From contig JAGIQG010000001.1 of the NCBI GenBank assembly GCA_024679065.1, positions 119,722,001 to 119,786,000 of the forward strand: 64,000 nucleotides of DNA, written 5' to 3'. Position numbers and translations under genes: made by a program. This DNA comes from Sphyrna mokarran (taxonomy: Eukaryota). The notes under the pieces are model-generated. The model did no database searches and had not been told where the DNA came from. It saw only the letters and a program-made list of their open reading frames with translations. Below are positions 25,488-38,699 of this stretch, piece after piece (position 1 is the first letter of the stretch; each line of letters opens with the position of its first letter).

Positions 25488-26058
25488 TGCACGTACATGC
25501 ACGACATTCAAACATACTGTTACTCACATACACTCGCTTACAATAAACACACACTCACATACACATGTACACTTGCTCACACATGCCTTCTCATTCGCAT
25601 AAACTCTAGTTCACATATACACACCAGCATCCAGTTTCTCTTCCCACCAGGAACCGGTTTCTCTCCATCTGACAGAAGTCGGTCTCTTCACCCTGGTTGG
25701 TGGTCATTCCCTTCACCTCCGCTTGACAGCCATTTTCTTCCATTCGGCAGCCACTGTCTTTCCCCCCTTCCATGGAAACTGCCTTCCTTTGTTAGCAGAC
25801 TCACCGGTCCCACATTTTCACACCTCAGAATGAAGAAAGCTGCTCCTTTTTCTCAGAGACTGATTCATTTTGCTACTGATTGGCTTACTAGTGATTCAAG
25901 TGCAAGAGGGAAATCAGGAGCATTTTCTTTGAAGAACCTTCAAATTTACGTACTGACATTTTGAACATAGGGTTCTTAGGCCAGATGGAGAGGCTGAGTG
26001 GGCTGGTAAAGGCCTACAGATCTCATGTTTAGGCAGATACTATTCTGCACATTGTTAC

Positions 26059-26968
26059 GGACCCGATTTTATCATCGTCTTTTGTGCGTCAGGCGTAAAA
26101 ACTTGGTAAAGTCAGGCATGAGGCAAGTGGCATATTATCAAGGCCCAAAAATGGCCACAATCGGAACCATGCCACAAATGGGCAAGACGACCATGTAAAT
26201 GCATTCGTATGCCTTTAAATTGATGTATTGAGCTGTATGCCCAACCTTACTGGTACTCCTCCCTTCACTTCTGCATTCGCCCATCCAGAATCAGCATGAA
26301 ACAGATATATCCTACAAAAGTCTGATTCAGGCACTCCAATTGGTGAGAAGGTAGGTGTCTAATGTTCAACAAATCTTTGATTGAGATCAATGAGAGAAGA
26401 AGGAAAGTCAGCTGCCACTCTGCCTGAGATCAGTGGGGGAGAGAAGGCGGGTCTGCTGCCACTCTGCCTGAGATTGGTAGGGAGAGAAGGGGCTCCGCTA
26501 ACACTCAGCATGACATCCATGGGGGGGGGGGGGGGGGTGCACGTGGGAGGGAACTGGGAATCCGCTGCGACTCTGCCTGTGATCGAAAGGGGAGAATGGG
26601 GGAGGGGTCCGTGATCAATCTGGGTGGCGGGGATGAGGGGGATAAAAGGTCAATAATGTTGGGGGGAATGGGCAATGTCCGTGGGGGCCATGGAGAGGCA
26701 TTATCCAGTCCGGGAGAGATGTGAAAGGGGAGCAGCATTCTATCTTTTTCTCTCTGCACATGCGCGGTTGGAGGCATCAATCGGAGCTGCAGGATTTTGG
26801 GCACAATAAGCCCCACCCATAGGCTTGTGCAGCACAATTTAGAATCACTGATATTTTCAGGCAGAGTGTGTATAGGGGCGACTGAGAACGGGTCTAAAAG
26901 TTGGACCTGAAACATTCCCAGTTTCAAGTCTGCCCAGAACTTTGAATCAAAGTGGTAAAATAGGGCTT
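26059..26968. mobile_element. ~900-bp non-autonomous TIR element with internal 20-bp repeats and a G17 run
   Basis: ggacccgattttatca ... tggtaaaatagggct termini; gctgccactctgcctgagat-like unit at about 26411, 26455 and 26564; poly-G at 26521-26537. Confidence 0.7.
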
Positions 26969-27414
26969 TGTATCTCTGCTGGCTCTTTGAAAGAGTTATC
27001 TAATTAGACAGAAACACCTTTTTTCCCATTGTCATGCAACTTAGATTTTTTGAGTGTATACGTTTAGATGAAAAGCAAAGAAACAGTAAACTGATGGATT
27101 AAGAAAGACAATCTGTAAGTGAAATTTATAGATTGGATACATGGTTCCAACTCAGGTACTATAGGTACTGTGGCCCTGATGCTTTGTTCACCTGGACCAT
27201 GGTGAGGTGACATTGTTAGTGTGTGACTAACTGGTTTATATAAATTTGTTACTTGCCCATAGGACATGCACTTAGATTAAGTAGTAGTGAGTCTTTAAGT
27301 ATTTCTGAAAGCCTGTCTGATATATGCAGCTTTAAAGCTTTGCTGATCAAACTGTTATATTTTGAGGAGCAGAAACCATTATAGCCAACCTCTGTGTTAC
27401 AAGTTTTAAAAATG

Positions 27415-30160
27415 TATTTATTCACAGGATTTGGGCATTGCTAGATAGGCCAGTATTTGTATCCCATCCAGAATTTCCTTTGCAAGTCATTCCGTTCTGT
27501 GAAGCAAGGTAGTTCTATCCAAGATTGAGGCCACTTTTCACAACAGCAGCACCTGGGCAGTCTTGACGGAAGCAACGAAGAAAGTCAATGCAATCAGACC
27601 AAATGGAGAGTGGGAATAGGCAAGAATGAAATTTGTTGGTCTCACGATTGTGCCAAGGTAAGCTATCCTCACAAATTGCATTCTTTTATAATTATCCTTA
27701 AAATGAAGGCATCTCTGTGCTGGTATGGTATCCTGGAAGAAGAATATACAACAGTGTTACCCTGCTTATGTGCTTTGTGAATGTATATGAATGGCTTTGT
27801 TTCGTCAGTGCACTGTGTATGACTATCATGGCACTGTGGTTTCCCGTGGTGCATTGCATTTCTTGAGTTCTCTAATATTTTGAATGTTGCTTCACACCTA
27901 TCAGACCAACCTAAATATCGCTCAGATCTTTCTGCATGCAGGCACAGACTGTTTCCTTATACAAGGAGTTGTGAGAGTGACTGAGGTCTGTGCCATCATC
28001 AGCAAACATCTATTTCTGATCTTACATAATAGGGAGGTGATTGTTCAAGCAGTTGAAGATGGTTGAGTCTATGTCACTACCCTAAGGAACTTTTGCAGCG
28101 ATATCCTGGAGCTGAGTTTGTAAGCTTTCAACAATCTTTGTGCTCGGTCTCATTCCAATCAATGGAGAAATGTCTCCCTGATTCGAATTGATTTCAAATT
28201 TGCAAGGGCTCCTTGATGCCCCACTTGGACAAATGCTACCTTGCACTCACCTCACTTCTGGAACTGAACTCTTTTTTTCTACATTTGGACCCAGGTTGCA
28301 ATGCAGTCTGGAGCTAAGCTGTCCCAGAGAAACACAACTGAACGCCGGAGAGTAGCTTATTAGTGACAAAATGCTACTTGCACTGCCTCCATCACTTTGC
28401 TGATGATTGAGAGTAGACTGATGGAGCATTAATTTGCAGAGAGAAAATGTCTTGTTCTTTGCACAGGCCAAACCTGGATAGATTTCCATTATGTCAGATA
28501 GATGCCAGTTTTGTAGCTCTACTGGAACAGCTTGGCTAAAGATGCAATTATTTTCAGAATGCACATTTTCAACACTACAATCCCAGATTTGTTATGGCCT
28601 AAGCTTTTCTATATCCATTGTATTTAGCCATTTCTTGATAAAATATCACATAGAGTAAATTGAATTGGTGAAAAGCTGATATATGTGATAGTTGGTAACT
28701 CAGATGGACACTCAGATGATTTGAGTGATGATGGTTGCAAATGCTTCAGCTTTGCATTTTGCATTCATGTGTTAGACCTTGGCATCATTGAAGATCAGAA
28801 CGTTTATCCAGCTTTGTCCTTTCATTAGCCATTTAGTTATCCACCAGCATTCATAACTGGACGTGGCAGAGTTGCAGAGCTTTGATCTGATCCATTGGTT
28901 GTGGGATTGCTTAGATATCCTACAGAAAGAGGCCCTTCAGCCCATTGAGTTCACACTGACCGCAATGCCCCCCAGGCCCTATCCCCGTATCCCTACACAT
29001 TTTTACCCACTAATCCCTCTAACCTACATATCTTAAGACACTAAGGGGCAATTTAGCATGGCCAATCAACCTAACTGCACATCTTTGGACTATGGGAGGA
29101 AACCGGAGCACCCAGAGGAAGCACACGCAGACACAAGGAGAATGCAAACTCCACACAGACAGCGACCTGAGCCGGGAATCAAACCCAGGTCGCTGGAGCT
29201 ATGAAGCAGCAGTGCTAACCACTGTGCTACCGTGCCTTAGCTTTGTGTATAGTATGCTGCTTTCATTGTTTACCATGTATGTAGTTCCATGGTATAGGAT
29301 TGCTATCCTGACTTCATGGAAATGGTAGATTGAGGAATATGTTGAGCCACGAGCTTGCAGATTGCGGTTGGTTACAGCTCTGCTTCTGAATCAGAAGCAA
29401 TGATTCCGAATTTCAAGTTTTGAATTGGCAGATCCCTTCTGAATTCATCACATTTAGGGTGGTGGTAGTGCCACACAACACAATGGAGAGAATAGAGTGT
29501 CTTTAATGCAAAGATGTGAGTTTATCTCCTCAAGAACTTTGCGATGGTCATTCCTACCAATAATGCCATGAACAAATGCATCTGCAAAGCATACGTTGGT
29601 GAGGACTAAGTCCAATAGTTGGTTCTCTCATCACCCATTATAAACCCTATTTGGCAGTTCTGTCCTTCAAAACATGGCTAGCTTGGACAGTCATAGTGCT
29701 ATCAAACTACTGTTAGTAATAAAGATTCTATGCCTTTGCTACCCTCAGAGCTTCTTCCAAGTATTGTTCAACATGAAAGAATACTGACTCATCACTTGAG
29801 GGAAAGATACTGGATCAGCTGGATGTTTCTTTACTCATGTTGTACCTGATGCCATAATTCTTCCTGAGGTCAGGAGCCAATATTCAGAACTCACAGATTC
29901 ATTTCCTTCTGTATGTAAACCATTGTGCCATATCTGTAGCGTATTTGGCTTGTCAGATGGACTGGACATAGTCAGCAATGGTATGAAAAAGTCTGGGATT
30001 TTGGCTGAAAGTTATGATACTGAAAGTAAGACTATAGCTAGTCATTGGGACATCTCTTCCATTTTTTGCACGAGTCTCCATATCTTTTGCAAGATTCACT
30101 GGCCTAGTTGTGCTTTTGCCTTGTTTGGTGTTTAGGCCAATATTGGGTGGTCTGTCTAGT
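27415..30160 (-). mobile_element. Old LINE (CR1/L2 group) whose 3' tail resembles that of family B SINEs
   Basis: Minus strand about 28115-27985 translates to a decayed SQLQDIAA.VP.GSx.xSTIFNCLNN.LP..IRSEIDVxADDGT (RT motifs GVPQGS and FADD). Tail at 27415-27480 resembles the family B tail. Confidence 0.75.
28911..29236 (-). mobile_element. HE1-type SINE inserted in an older LINE
   Basis: Full head (gcagcagtgctaaccactgtgctaccgtgcc) and tail (tacagaaagaggcccttcagcccattgag); cttag on both sides. Confidence 0.9.
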
Positions 30161-30179
30161 TTTTCTCTTTTTTTTGTAG

Positions 30180-30775
30180 TTAGGCCATTTTAAGGGTAAG
30201 TTAAGAGTCAAGCACATTGCCATGTGTTTGGTGTCACATAACCAGACCACAGAAGGATGGCAGATTTTTTTTCTCTCATAGACATTAATGAATCAAGTGA
30301 GCTTTTATAACAAAAATCCAAGAGTTTCATGGCTACAGCTTTTTATTCTAGATTTATTTATTTTTATTCATTCATTAGATGTGAATGCCATTGGCTAGGC
30401 CTGCATTTATTGCCCATTCCTAATTGCCCTTGTCCAGAGAATACTTAAGAATCAGTCACATTGCTCTGCATCTAGAATCTCTTGTAGGCCAGACCAAATA
30501 GGATTGGCAGATTTCCTTGCTTAAGTGAACCAGATGGGTTTTTACAATGATTGACAATGGTTTCATGGTTAGACTTCTAATTCCAGATTTTTTTATTGAA
30601 CTCAAGCTTCACTATCTGCCATGGTGAGATTCGAACCCAGGTTATGTCACATTTTTTTCATTTAAATAACCAAATTTAAATTTCCAGATGCCAAGTTTGG
30701 GATTTGAACTCACTTCTTTGGATCAGGCTCTAGGTTACTTGTCTGGTAACATAATACCACTATGCTGGCATTCCC
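30180..30775 (-). mobile_element. Two nested family B SINE copies
   Basis: Two bodies (agagtcaagcacattgc..; agaatcagtcacattgc..) and two B-box heads (gagattcgaacccagg at about 30626; gggatttgaactca at about 30700). Confidence 0.75.
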
Positions 30776-31092
30776 TACGGCCAAGGACACCTACAGAAGA
30801 CCATTGATGTATACTTCAGCAGTAGCTCATGATGTCAGCACAACATCCACAGATCAGAGCTGATTGAAGTACAATGTGGTCTGCAGTTCTACCAGGGTTA
30901 TATTGTTGATATCATGCTTAATAGATCAGGAAAAGTACTGTATTGTTCACCAGACAATATCTCCGGGATTATTGTTACCTGATGTATCCTGTATGACTTA
31001 TCACTGCAACAGGGCATAACTGTGAGGGGATGGAAGGCAGACACAGAATAAGACAAGTTTGATGAGAAATAGAACTGCGCAGCAAATTCTCA

Positions 31093-31270
31093 GGGCTAAT
31101 TTTGACTTTGAATGTGATGATGTAAAATGGGTTTTATCGATTCAGCTGCCCGTTATACATCTCTCACAATCTTTATTTCTATTGATTTCAATGGGAATGA
31201 AAAAGGTGTAAAATGGGCTATTGAATGGTGATCACTCATTCTGCACTTCACACAAAGTCAAAATTGTCCC
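31093..31270. mobile_element. Palindromic MITE with 18-bp TIRs and TCA TSD (PIF/Harbinger-type)
   Basis: gggctaattttgactttg ... caaagtcaaaattgtccc (16/18 match); tca at 31090-31092 and 31271-31273. Confidence 0.85.
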
Positions 31271-31625
31271 TCAGTTTGCAAAAATCTTCAGGCAGTGTCA
31301 TTTTAATTAAACTCCCAATAAAATAATTTATGGCACCTTGGCTTTTTGGAGGTGATGCCTTAGGGTCCAAATTACAAATCTTTCTGATTTAAACGATATT
31401 GTATTTCAGATGTAAGTGTAAAATGTGCCATACTCTTTGTAAATATTCTTGAATGGATGAGAAGTCAGAGGTCATATCATTGATAAGGTGAAGACGCTCA
31501 TCTTAAATAATAAGGACTTTGATGGGTGGATTCAGAATAACAGATCAATAATTCTAAATTGGACGAAATAGTATTTAGGTTTTGAAAATCTCTGTAGCAC
31601 AGAAATTGTACTTTTCTTTCACTAA

Positions 31626-31987
31626 GATAGAACCATTGAATCCCTACAGTGCAGAAAGAGGCCATTCGGCCCATTGAGTCCTTACCAACACTTTAAAGTA
31701 CATTCCACACAGGCCCTCCCTTCTGCCCTATCCCCATAATGTCCCATATTTACTGCAGCTAATCCCCCTTTCCTGCACATTCTGGGAAACGTAGCATGGC
31801 CAACCCATTTAACCCACACATCTTTGATCTGTGGGAGGAAACCGGAGCACCTGGAGGAAACCCACTCAAACTCAGGAAGAAATTGCAAATTCTACACAGT
31901 CACTCAAGGCAGTAACCCAAAGCTAGAAACGAACTGAGATCCCTGGCACTGTGAGGCAGCAGTGCTAACCACCACATCACAATGCCA
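31626..31987 (-). mobile_element. HE1-type SINE
   Basis: tccctacagtgcagaaagaggccattcggccc ... gtgaggcagcagtgctaacc. Confidence 0.9.
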
Positions 31988-34849
31988 TCTAGAATAAAGC
32001 TCTGTATCTTTGCTTTCTGTAGAATCAATTCTTACAACAGTCACTTCCAACAACCTGCAAATGATGCATTTAATGATGATTCATTATTAGAGATTATCAA
32101 ATGTTTGCTTCACCTTTTTAAAATGTAAGTGTGACATTTTGTTTGTTTTCTGGGTGTGGGCACTATGAATGGGGCTATTTCTAGTTTACTTTAGAAGAAT
32201 ATAATTCAGTCACTTGTTAAAGGAATGAAGTCATGTCTTGATTAGACTGGATAACGGTGATGACTGTTATCATAATTCTGGAGTTTAGATTAGGGTAAGG
32301 ACTACATTGTTAGCTAGGCAAAACCTTCTGGATTATTGTTACCTGATGTGTCCTGTAAATTAATCCCTCCATTGGGATATTGCTGGGGAGCCATGAGGGA
32401 ATGAGAGGAAAACACAGAACTAGACAAGAGCAAGCAGAGTAGACTCTCCATGGTCATTTCTTGGTGGTTATCCACAAATTATTAACTTTATTCAGCTCAG
32501 AAAATTCTGAAACATGCAGTGAGCCAGACAGCATCTGTGCAGCAAACAGACAAGTTATAATGAAATTAACAAAGGCTGCACATCTGACACTTGACTTTCT
32601 GCTTTTATGCAGATGCTGTCTGACTTCAGCACGTTTTGGCTTTGTTCAGTATTTCCAGTATCTCGCGGTATTTTGCATGTTCCTCATTGCATTTATAGAA
32701 TTCCATTTCACAGTTTGCTGTAGTTAGAATTTGGCACTTGCAGGGGAATCTTATGCCTTCCCTCATGGCAAGTTTGGTGGCAGGAAGTATTTAATCAGGT
32801 TGGGGAAGGGGGTGGGCATATGGGAACTCCACCACCTTCCAACTTCTGCCCTTATTGATTCCATTGTGGGAAGGCCCATGGATGGCCTTTCCACCTCTTC
32901 ACCAAATTGAATCCTTTAAATGGATAATTAATGTCTACTTTAGGGCCCCATTCTGCCCCCACTGGAAATAAACTAGTGGTGGGCGAAAGGCTCATTGTGT
33001 GGGGAGCATGACAAGTAAACCCATGTGGGGATATTCAAAACACTCAGAACCTAATGGACCTGACAAAAGGCGAGAGGCCAGGAATCCACTGGGAGATGTG
33101 TGCATTCTCTTTCCTGGGATGGCTCGCCACAACTAGTTTCATTCAGACGCTCAACAGACCATGGCAGGTCTAACCCAGGATCAAGGATGCCAGGGCATAA
33201 ATCCTGCTCGTTGAGAGCTGCTGATTAATCAGAAGCCAGCTCTATTAAATAACAGCACCACTGGGAACTGGTAGCTGCCACAAGAACAAGACTCATTGAG
33301 GCTTAGGATATGTTACTATGAGTTGGATGATCAGCCATGATCATAATGAATAGCAAAGCTGGCTCAAAATGGCCTCCCCTAGCTCTTATTTTCTATGTTT
33401 CGATGTTGATCCCAGGAGAGATGTTGAGAAAGGGGGTCAAGGAACAAAGGATCACAGGGATGAGACAAGGAGGGTTGGTAACAAGGTTGCGGTCGACTTT
33501 CAGTGGGCAGCCCCCATGCCCTCTGGTCTGTTACCTGCTCTATTAGGCTCTGTGGCTCCAGAAGATTCAACCCAGGGATATAATTCTGACCTTGGGTGAT
33601 CATGTGAACAGACAATGTCAATTCAAACACTTCTCATTTTCATTTGAACAATTTCATTTTACACCATTCAAAGTTAAAACAACCCCCATGGTTCCTCGCT
33701 TGCATACTAACTACCATAAACATTAGGCCACCTTTCCGAGAGCTTAACAAAATGCTGAACCAAAAGAATCACTGTTCCTTCTCTACATTCTACCTTGTTT
33801 TGTGAATAGCAAGCATAACCTGCAACTATTCTCCTTGGCAAATTTTGTAAATTTTTTACTCTTTTGAGTTGACAAAGGGTACAATCTTAAGACACTGTTC
33901 AAATCTTGTGCACCAGTACAGCTTATATACAAACACACTGCTGAGGTGTTGCTAATACACGTAAGCACCAAAAGAACAAAGATCAATTATATTAATTTTG
34001 GCTGATTGCATCTGTCAGCTAGAAAAAGTGGAACATTTTTTAATAAGTGAGTTATCAAGAGAATTTGAAGTGTTGAGTTAGCAGATATAGATTATGTAAT
34101 GCAATGGAGGCCCAAACTACTGCTACATTTTACACCCCTCCCTAGACCCTCCTTCAGCTGCCTTTCACTATTGTAGTTAATATTCAGTTAAAAAGAAATC
34201 ACTTGTGATCATCTGATAACAAACCATTGCACACTAACATCAAGCAGAACGTGCTTGAAGATAATCCGCGGGCTTCTTCCACCTCAGCGTTCCCACTGTT
34301 GGCTTAGAAAATTAACTGTTAAAAATGAAGTACTTGGGACTAATCTTGGAGTAAAGCACTTATCATTCCTAGCACTAGCCTTCACATTAATGTTCTCCTT
34401 TTATTCTCAAAGCCACCAAGCTGACATTAACCAGAGCAAGACATGTCATTAAGCTCTGTTCCGTTATCTCCACTTCTAAAGGAAAAATATGTTCCAGGAT
34501 AGTCCTCACTATATCCTCTCCAGTCCTTTCCTCCAAGAAAACATAGCACACCTCTTATTTCATGACCATTTCTTTGAAAGTTTCTGGCTCAGTCTAGACA
34601 ATAATTATGGCCTGGTACATCAAAAACAACTTACATTGTTTATGACCTGAAGTGAATTCCAGAAATAAAAGTCCACGATCGCCCCACCACCTCTCCTGCA
34701 TCACTGCTGGTGCTATTGCTTCCCAGAAAACTGCTACTGTGTTTCAGAAATCTACCTCCTACTGTTTTATTTGTGTTGAAAACGCCACTATGAATGTCTC
34801 CCATGCCTAATCTTCTGGAACTAAAAATTTCCCTCATGTTTCTTACAAT

Positions 34850-35117
34850 GGCAGGAGGTTCAGGGGAGAGGTGAGGAAAAACTATTTTACCGACAGGGTG
34901 GTGATGGCCTGCAATGCACTGCCTGGGAAGGTCATAGAGGCAAGTTGTCTCACATCCTTTCGAAAGTACCTGGACAAGCACCTGGCACATCAAAACATTC
35001 ATGGCTAGGGCCAAATGTTGATAAGTGGGATTAGGTGAGTGTTCAAGTGTTTTTCATCTGTTGTTACAGACTTTATGGGCTGAAGGGCCTTTTCTGTATT
35101 GTATGATTCTATGATTA
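34850..35117 (+). mobile_element. CR1 3' end fragment
   Basis: ttttaccgacagggtggtgatggcctgcaatgcactgcctgg ... gggctgaagggcct ... tatgattctatga. Confidence 0.82.
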
Positions 35118-35486
35118 TACCTATTTAAGGCCTGTTCCTGCGCCCTTCATATTAAAATAATGTGAATGAGTAGCAAATATTATACCTCAGTGCAAACCTA
35201 GCCCACCAAATAATGCATAGTGACCTCATAAGATTGCTGGACATCAGAAAATTATGTTTTAATATCCTCTCACTGAATAATTAAAATCTTATTTTCATAT
35301 TTGTGGCTTTACATATAAGATGCCTGCAGCTAAACTAGTTGTAAGTACGTTGGTGTGACATGGGAAAGTGTCTGTACACATTAATCCCTCTAAATATATT
35401 TTCTCCAGTGGCAATGAATGGCAAACAGCATCTTGGGGAAGTATTGAAATTTTTCAGAAATTCTGCCTCACAAAAGCCATTTTATT

Positions 35487-35685
35487 TAGAAACATAGAAG
35501 AATCATAGAAACTCTACAGCACAGAAAAAGGCCATTTGGCCCATTGAGTCTGCACCGACCACAATCCCACCCAGACCCTACCCCCATATCCCTACATATT
35601 TACCCACTAATCCCTCTAACCTAGACATCTTAGGACACTAAGGGGCAATTTTAGCACGGCCAATCAACTTAACCCACAAACATCT
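35487..35685 (-). mobile_element. HE1-type SINE, 3' half
   Basis: tagaaacatagaa tail, ggccatttggcccattgagtctgcaccgacc, ggacactaaggggcaattttagcacggccaatc. Confidence 0.88.
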
Positions 35686-35830
35686 GGTAGATATAAACAA
35701 ATGCTTTGCAGTGCAGAATAAAAGACATGTTGCCAAATCTTTCATCTCATATTCAGCAGAACAAACAAACAAATGGCAAATTTCAAGCAATCATGACAAT
35801 TTCTACTACCAGGAAACAAAGTGCTGAATA

Positions 35831-37356
35831 GATGGGATTTACCCTAGGATTCTCTGAGAGGCTAGAGAGGAGATTGCAGAGCCTTTGGCTTTGATTTTCA
35901 TGTCGTCGTTAGCTACAGATATAGTGCCGGAAGACTGGAGGATGGCAAATGTTGTCCCTTTGTTCAAAAAGGGGAGTAGAGACCATCCTGGAAATTATAG
36001 ACCGATGAGCCTGACTTCTGTTGTGGGCAAGGTCTTGGAAAGAATTATAAGGGATAGGATTTATAAGCATCTAGAGAGGAATAAATTGATTAGGGATAGT
36101 CAGCACGGTTTTGTGAAGGGTAGGTCGTGCCTCACAAACCTTATTGAGTTTTTTGAGGAGGTGACCAAAGAGGTAGATAAGGGTAAGGCAGTTGATGTAG
36201 TGTATATGGATTTTAGCAAAGCGTTTGATAAGGTTCCCCATGGTAGGCTACTGCAGAAAGTGCAGATGCATGGGATTGAAGGTGATTTAGCAGTTTGGAT
36301 TAGGAATTGGCTAGCTGATAGAAGACAGAGGGTGGTGGTTGATGGGAAATATTCAACCTGGAGTGCAGTTACAAGTGGTGTACCTCAAGGATCTGTTTTA
36401 GGGCCACTGCTGTTTGTCATTTTTATAAATGACCTAGATGAGGGTGTAGAGGGTTGGATTAGTAAATTTGCTGACGATACCAAAGTGGGGGGAGTTGTAG
36501 ACAGCGAGGATGGATGTTACAGTTTGCAGAGGGACATAGATAGGTTGCAGAGCTGGGCCGTGAGGTGGCAAATGGAATTCAATACGGATAAGTGTGAGGT
36601 GATTCACTTTGGTAGGAATAACAGGCATATGAAATATAGGGCTAATGGAAGGACCCTTAATAGTGTTGTCGAGCAGAGGGATCTTGGGGTACAAGTACAT
36701 AGCTCTTTGAAAGTTGGCACCCAGGTTGATAAAGTTGTTAAGAAGGCGTACGGTGTGTTAGCTTTTATTGGTAGAGGGATTGAATTTAGGAGCCGTGAGG
36801 TTATGTTACAACTGTACAAAACTCTGGTGCGGCCTCACTTGGAGTATTGCGTACAGTTCTGGTCGCCGCATTATAAGAAAGATGTGGAAGCATTGGAAAG
36901 GGTGCAGAGGAGGTTTACCAGGATGTTGCCTGGTATGGTGGGAAGGCCTTATGAGAAAGGCTGAGGGACCTGAGGTTATTTTCATTAGAGAGAAGAAGGT
37001 TACGCGGTGACCTAATTGAGGCGTATAAGATGATCAAGGGATTGGATAGGGTGGATAGTGAGAGCCTTTTTCCTCGGATGGTGATGACCAACACGAGGGG
37101 ACATAACTTTAAATTAAGAGATGGTAGTTATAGGACGGATGTCAGAGGCAGGTTCTTTACACAGAGGGTGGTGAGAGCGTGGAATGCCCTGCCTGCAACA
37201 GTTGTGGACTCGCCTACTTTGGGGGCATTCAAATGTTCGGTGGATAGGCATATGGATGATATTGGAATAGTTTAGGTTAGAGGGTCCACTGGCCGGCGCG
37301 ACATCGAGGGCCGAAGGGCCTGTACTGCGCTGTAATGTTCTATGATCTATGTTCTA
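35831..37356 (+). mobile_element. Young 5'-truncated CR1-clade LINE (shark HER1-like): ORF2 reverse transcriptase, C-terminus and 3' tail
   Basis: ORF 35885-36964 has CR1 RT motifs (NYRPMSLTSVVGK, QHGFVKGRSC, YMDFSKAFDKV, GVPQGSVLGPLLF, KFADDTK, LVRPHLEYCVQFWSP). The C-terminus continues in another frame to 37275 (TRGHNFKL, FFTQRVVRAWNALP). 3' stem-loop gggccgaagggcc and a TTCTATG-like tail end at about 37356. Confidence 0.97.
35885..36964 (+). pseudogene. CR1 ORF2 reverse-transcriptase fragment (no endonuclease; TGA at 35855-35857; 1-bp frameshift near 36955)
   Basis: 359-aa open frame with complete RT motifs. Upstream reads DGIYPRIL*EAREEIAEPL; downstream YEKG* replaces the expected YEERLRDL. 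Confidence 0.92.
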
Positions 37357-38699
37357 GATAGCAAGTCAATTCTGATTGGTTGTAGCATTGCTATTTAAGG
37401 ACTAATGGGGAACTAATGGGCTTTCCAAGTTCCTGGGTAATTCAAAAGAGGGACTATATTTGAATATATTCCATTTGGTGATAAGCTTTTGGCATCATGC
37501 CTCTCTTTTCAGCAATATTTATTATATCTTTTTGCTTTCTCCATGTTATGTTGAGGCAAAGGAAGAACTTCATGTCCTTTTGTGGTACTAATGTGGGAAA
37601 TCATTCTCTTTTTTTATTCATTCATGAGATGAGGCTATCAGTAATATTGCTGGAATACTGTCAGGGTCCATAACACTTGAAGTCAAGCCTTCAGTCATTT
37701 CTTGAGTGAATCAAATGGCATTTGTGATGCTGGAGATCTCCAGTTGAGTTCGGGGTAAACCCTGAATTTGGCACTTCTGGCTGAAGATTGTTGTGACTGC
37801 TTCAGTCTTAACTTGGCTCAGTTCTCTCTGGGATGTCAGAAGTTAAATTTGGGATGAAAAGATATTCTGTCCACCCCTGTGCAAATTGGGCTACTTTGGA
37901 TAGAAATTAACTGGTGCTGTGCCCATATCTCAGATGCTGAATGGACACCTAAAGATCAGATATGATGAGTAGATTCCACACTGGACTCTCCTCACCCATG
38001 ATAGTGAATCTAGCGGATCTAATATATAAAAGCAAAATACTGGAAAATCTGCTGGAAATCTGAAATAAAAACAGAAAAGCTCAGCAGAGCTGGGGAGACT
38101 GAAGTAGAGTTAATGGGTGGGATTTTATATCTTCACTTGTCCCAAAGCCATAGAATCCCACCCAAAGTCAATGGACCTTCCCATTCTCCGTCGTTTGCCC
38201 ATTCCAATTCCCTTTGCTGGCAGGGTGATAATATTCCAGCGAAAATTTTGAGTCCATCTGACTTCTTCAGGAAGTAAAAGAGACAGCTCAACATTTTTAG
38301 CACTTCAAATGAAGAGAAATGTGTGTTAGTTTTTAGTGTGAAAGTTGAGAAGAAAGTGACTGGTGAAGTTGTAGCTTGTCTTACAAGGACGTTTTGTGGC
38401 ACAGTGGAAAACCTCTCTGCCTCTGGGATTCCAATTTCGAGTTCTATCCCAAGACTTAATGGCCACAAAAGGCAAGCATGCAGCCAGGCAAGTTGATTGT
38501 CAACTCATAAATTCTTCTGCTATGCCTCTGGCAAAGGTAAAAGTAGGAGTTTTCCATTCGGCCAGAATCATGTGGTAGTTGCAGCAATAGTCCCTGTTCA
38601 GTGTGTGCCTCATATCTGTTGGCTTATATCAGAGCTACCTCACTCCCTCCATCCTCTACCTCCTAAAAGGCCAAGGTAAATAAAATCTTATCACAAAAA

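Noticed and set aside
25251-25964. ORFs with HTHTHT / VCVCVC runs (up to 187 aa)
   Set aside because: Translations of the (CA)n microsatellite and a CA-rich tract; not genes.
26405-26590. Three spaced 20-bp repeats superficially like a CRISPR array
   Set aside because: Eukaryotic context, irregular and mutually similar spacers, inside a TIR element, no cas genes.
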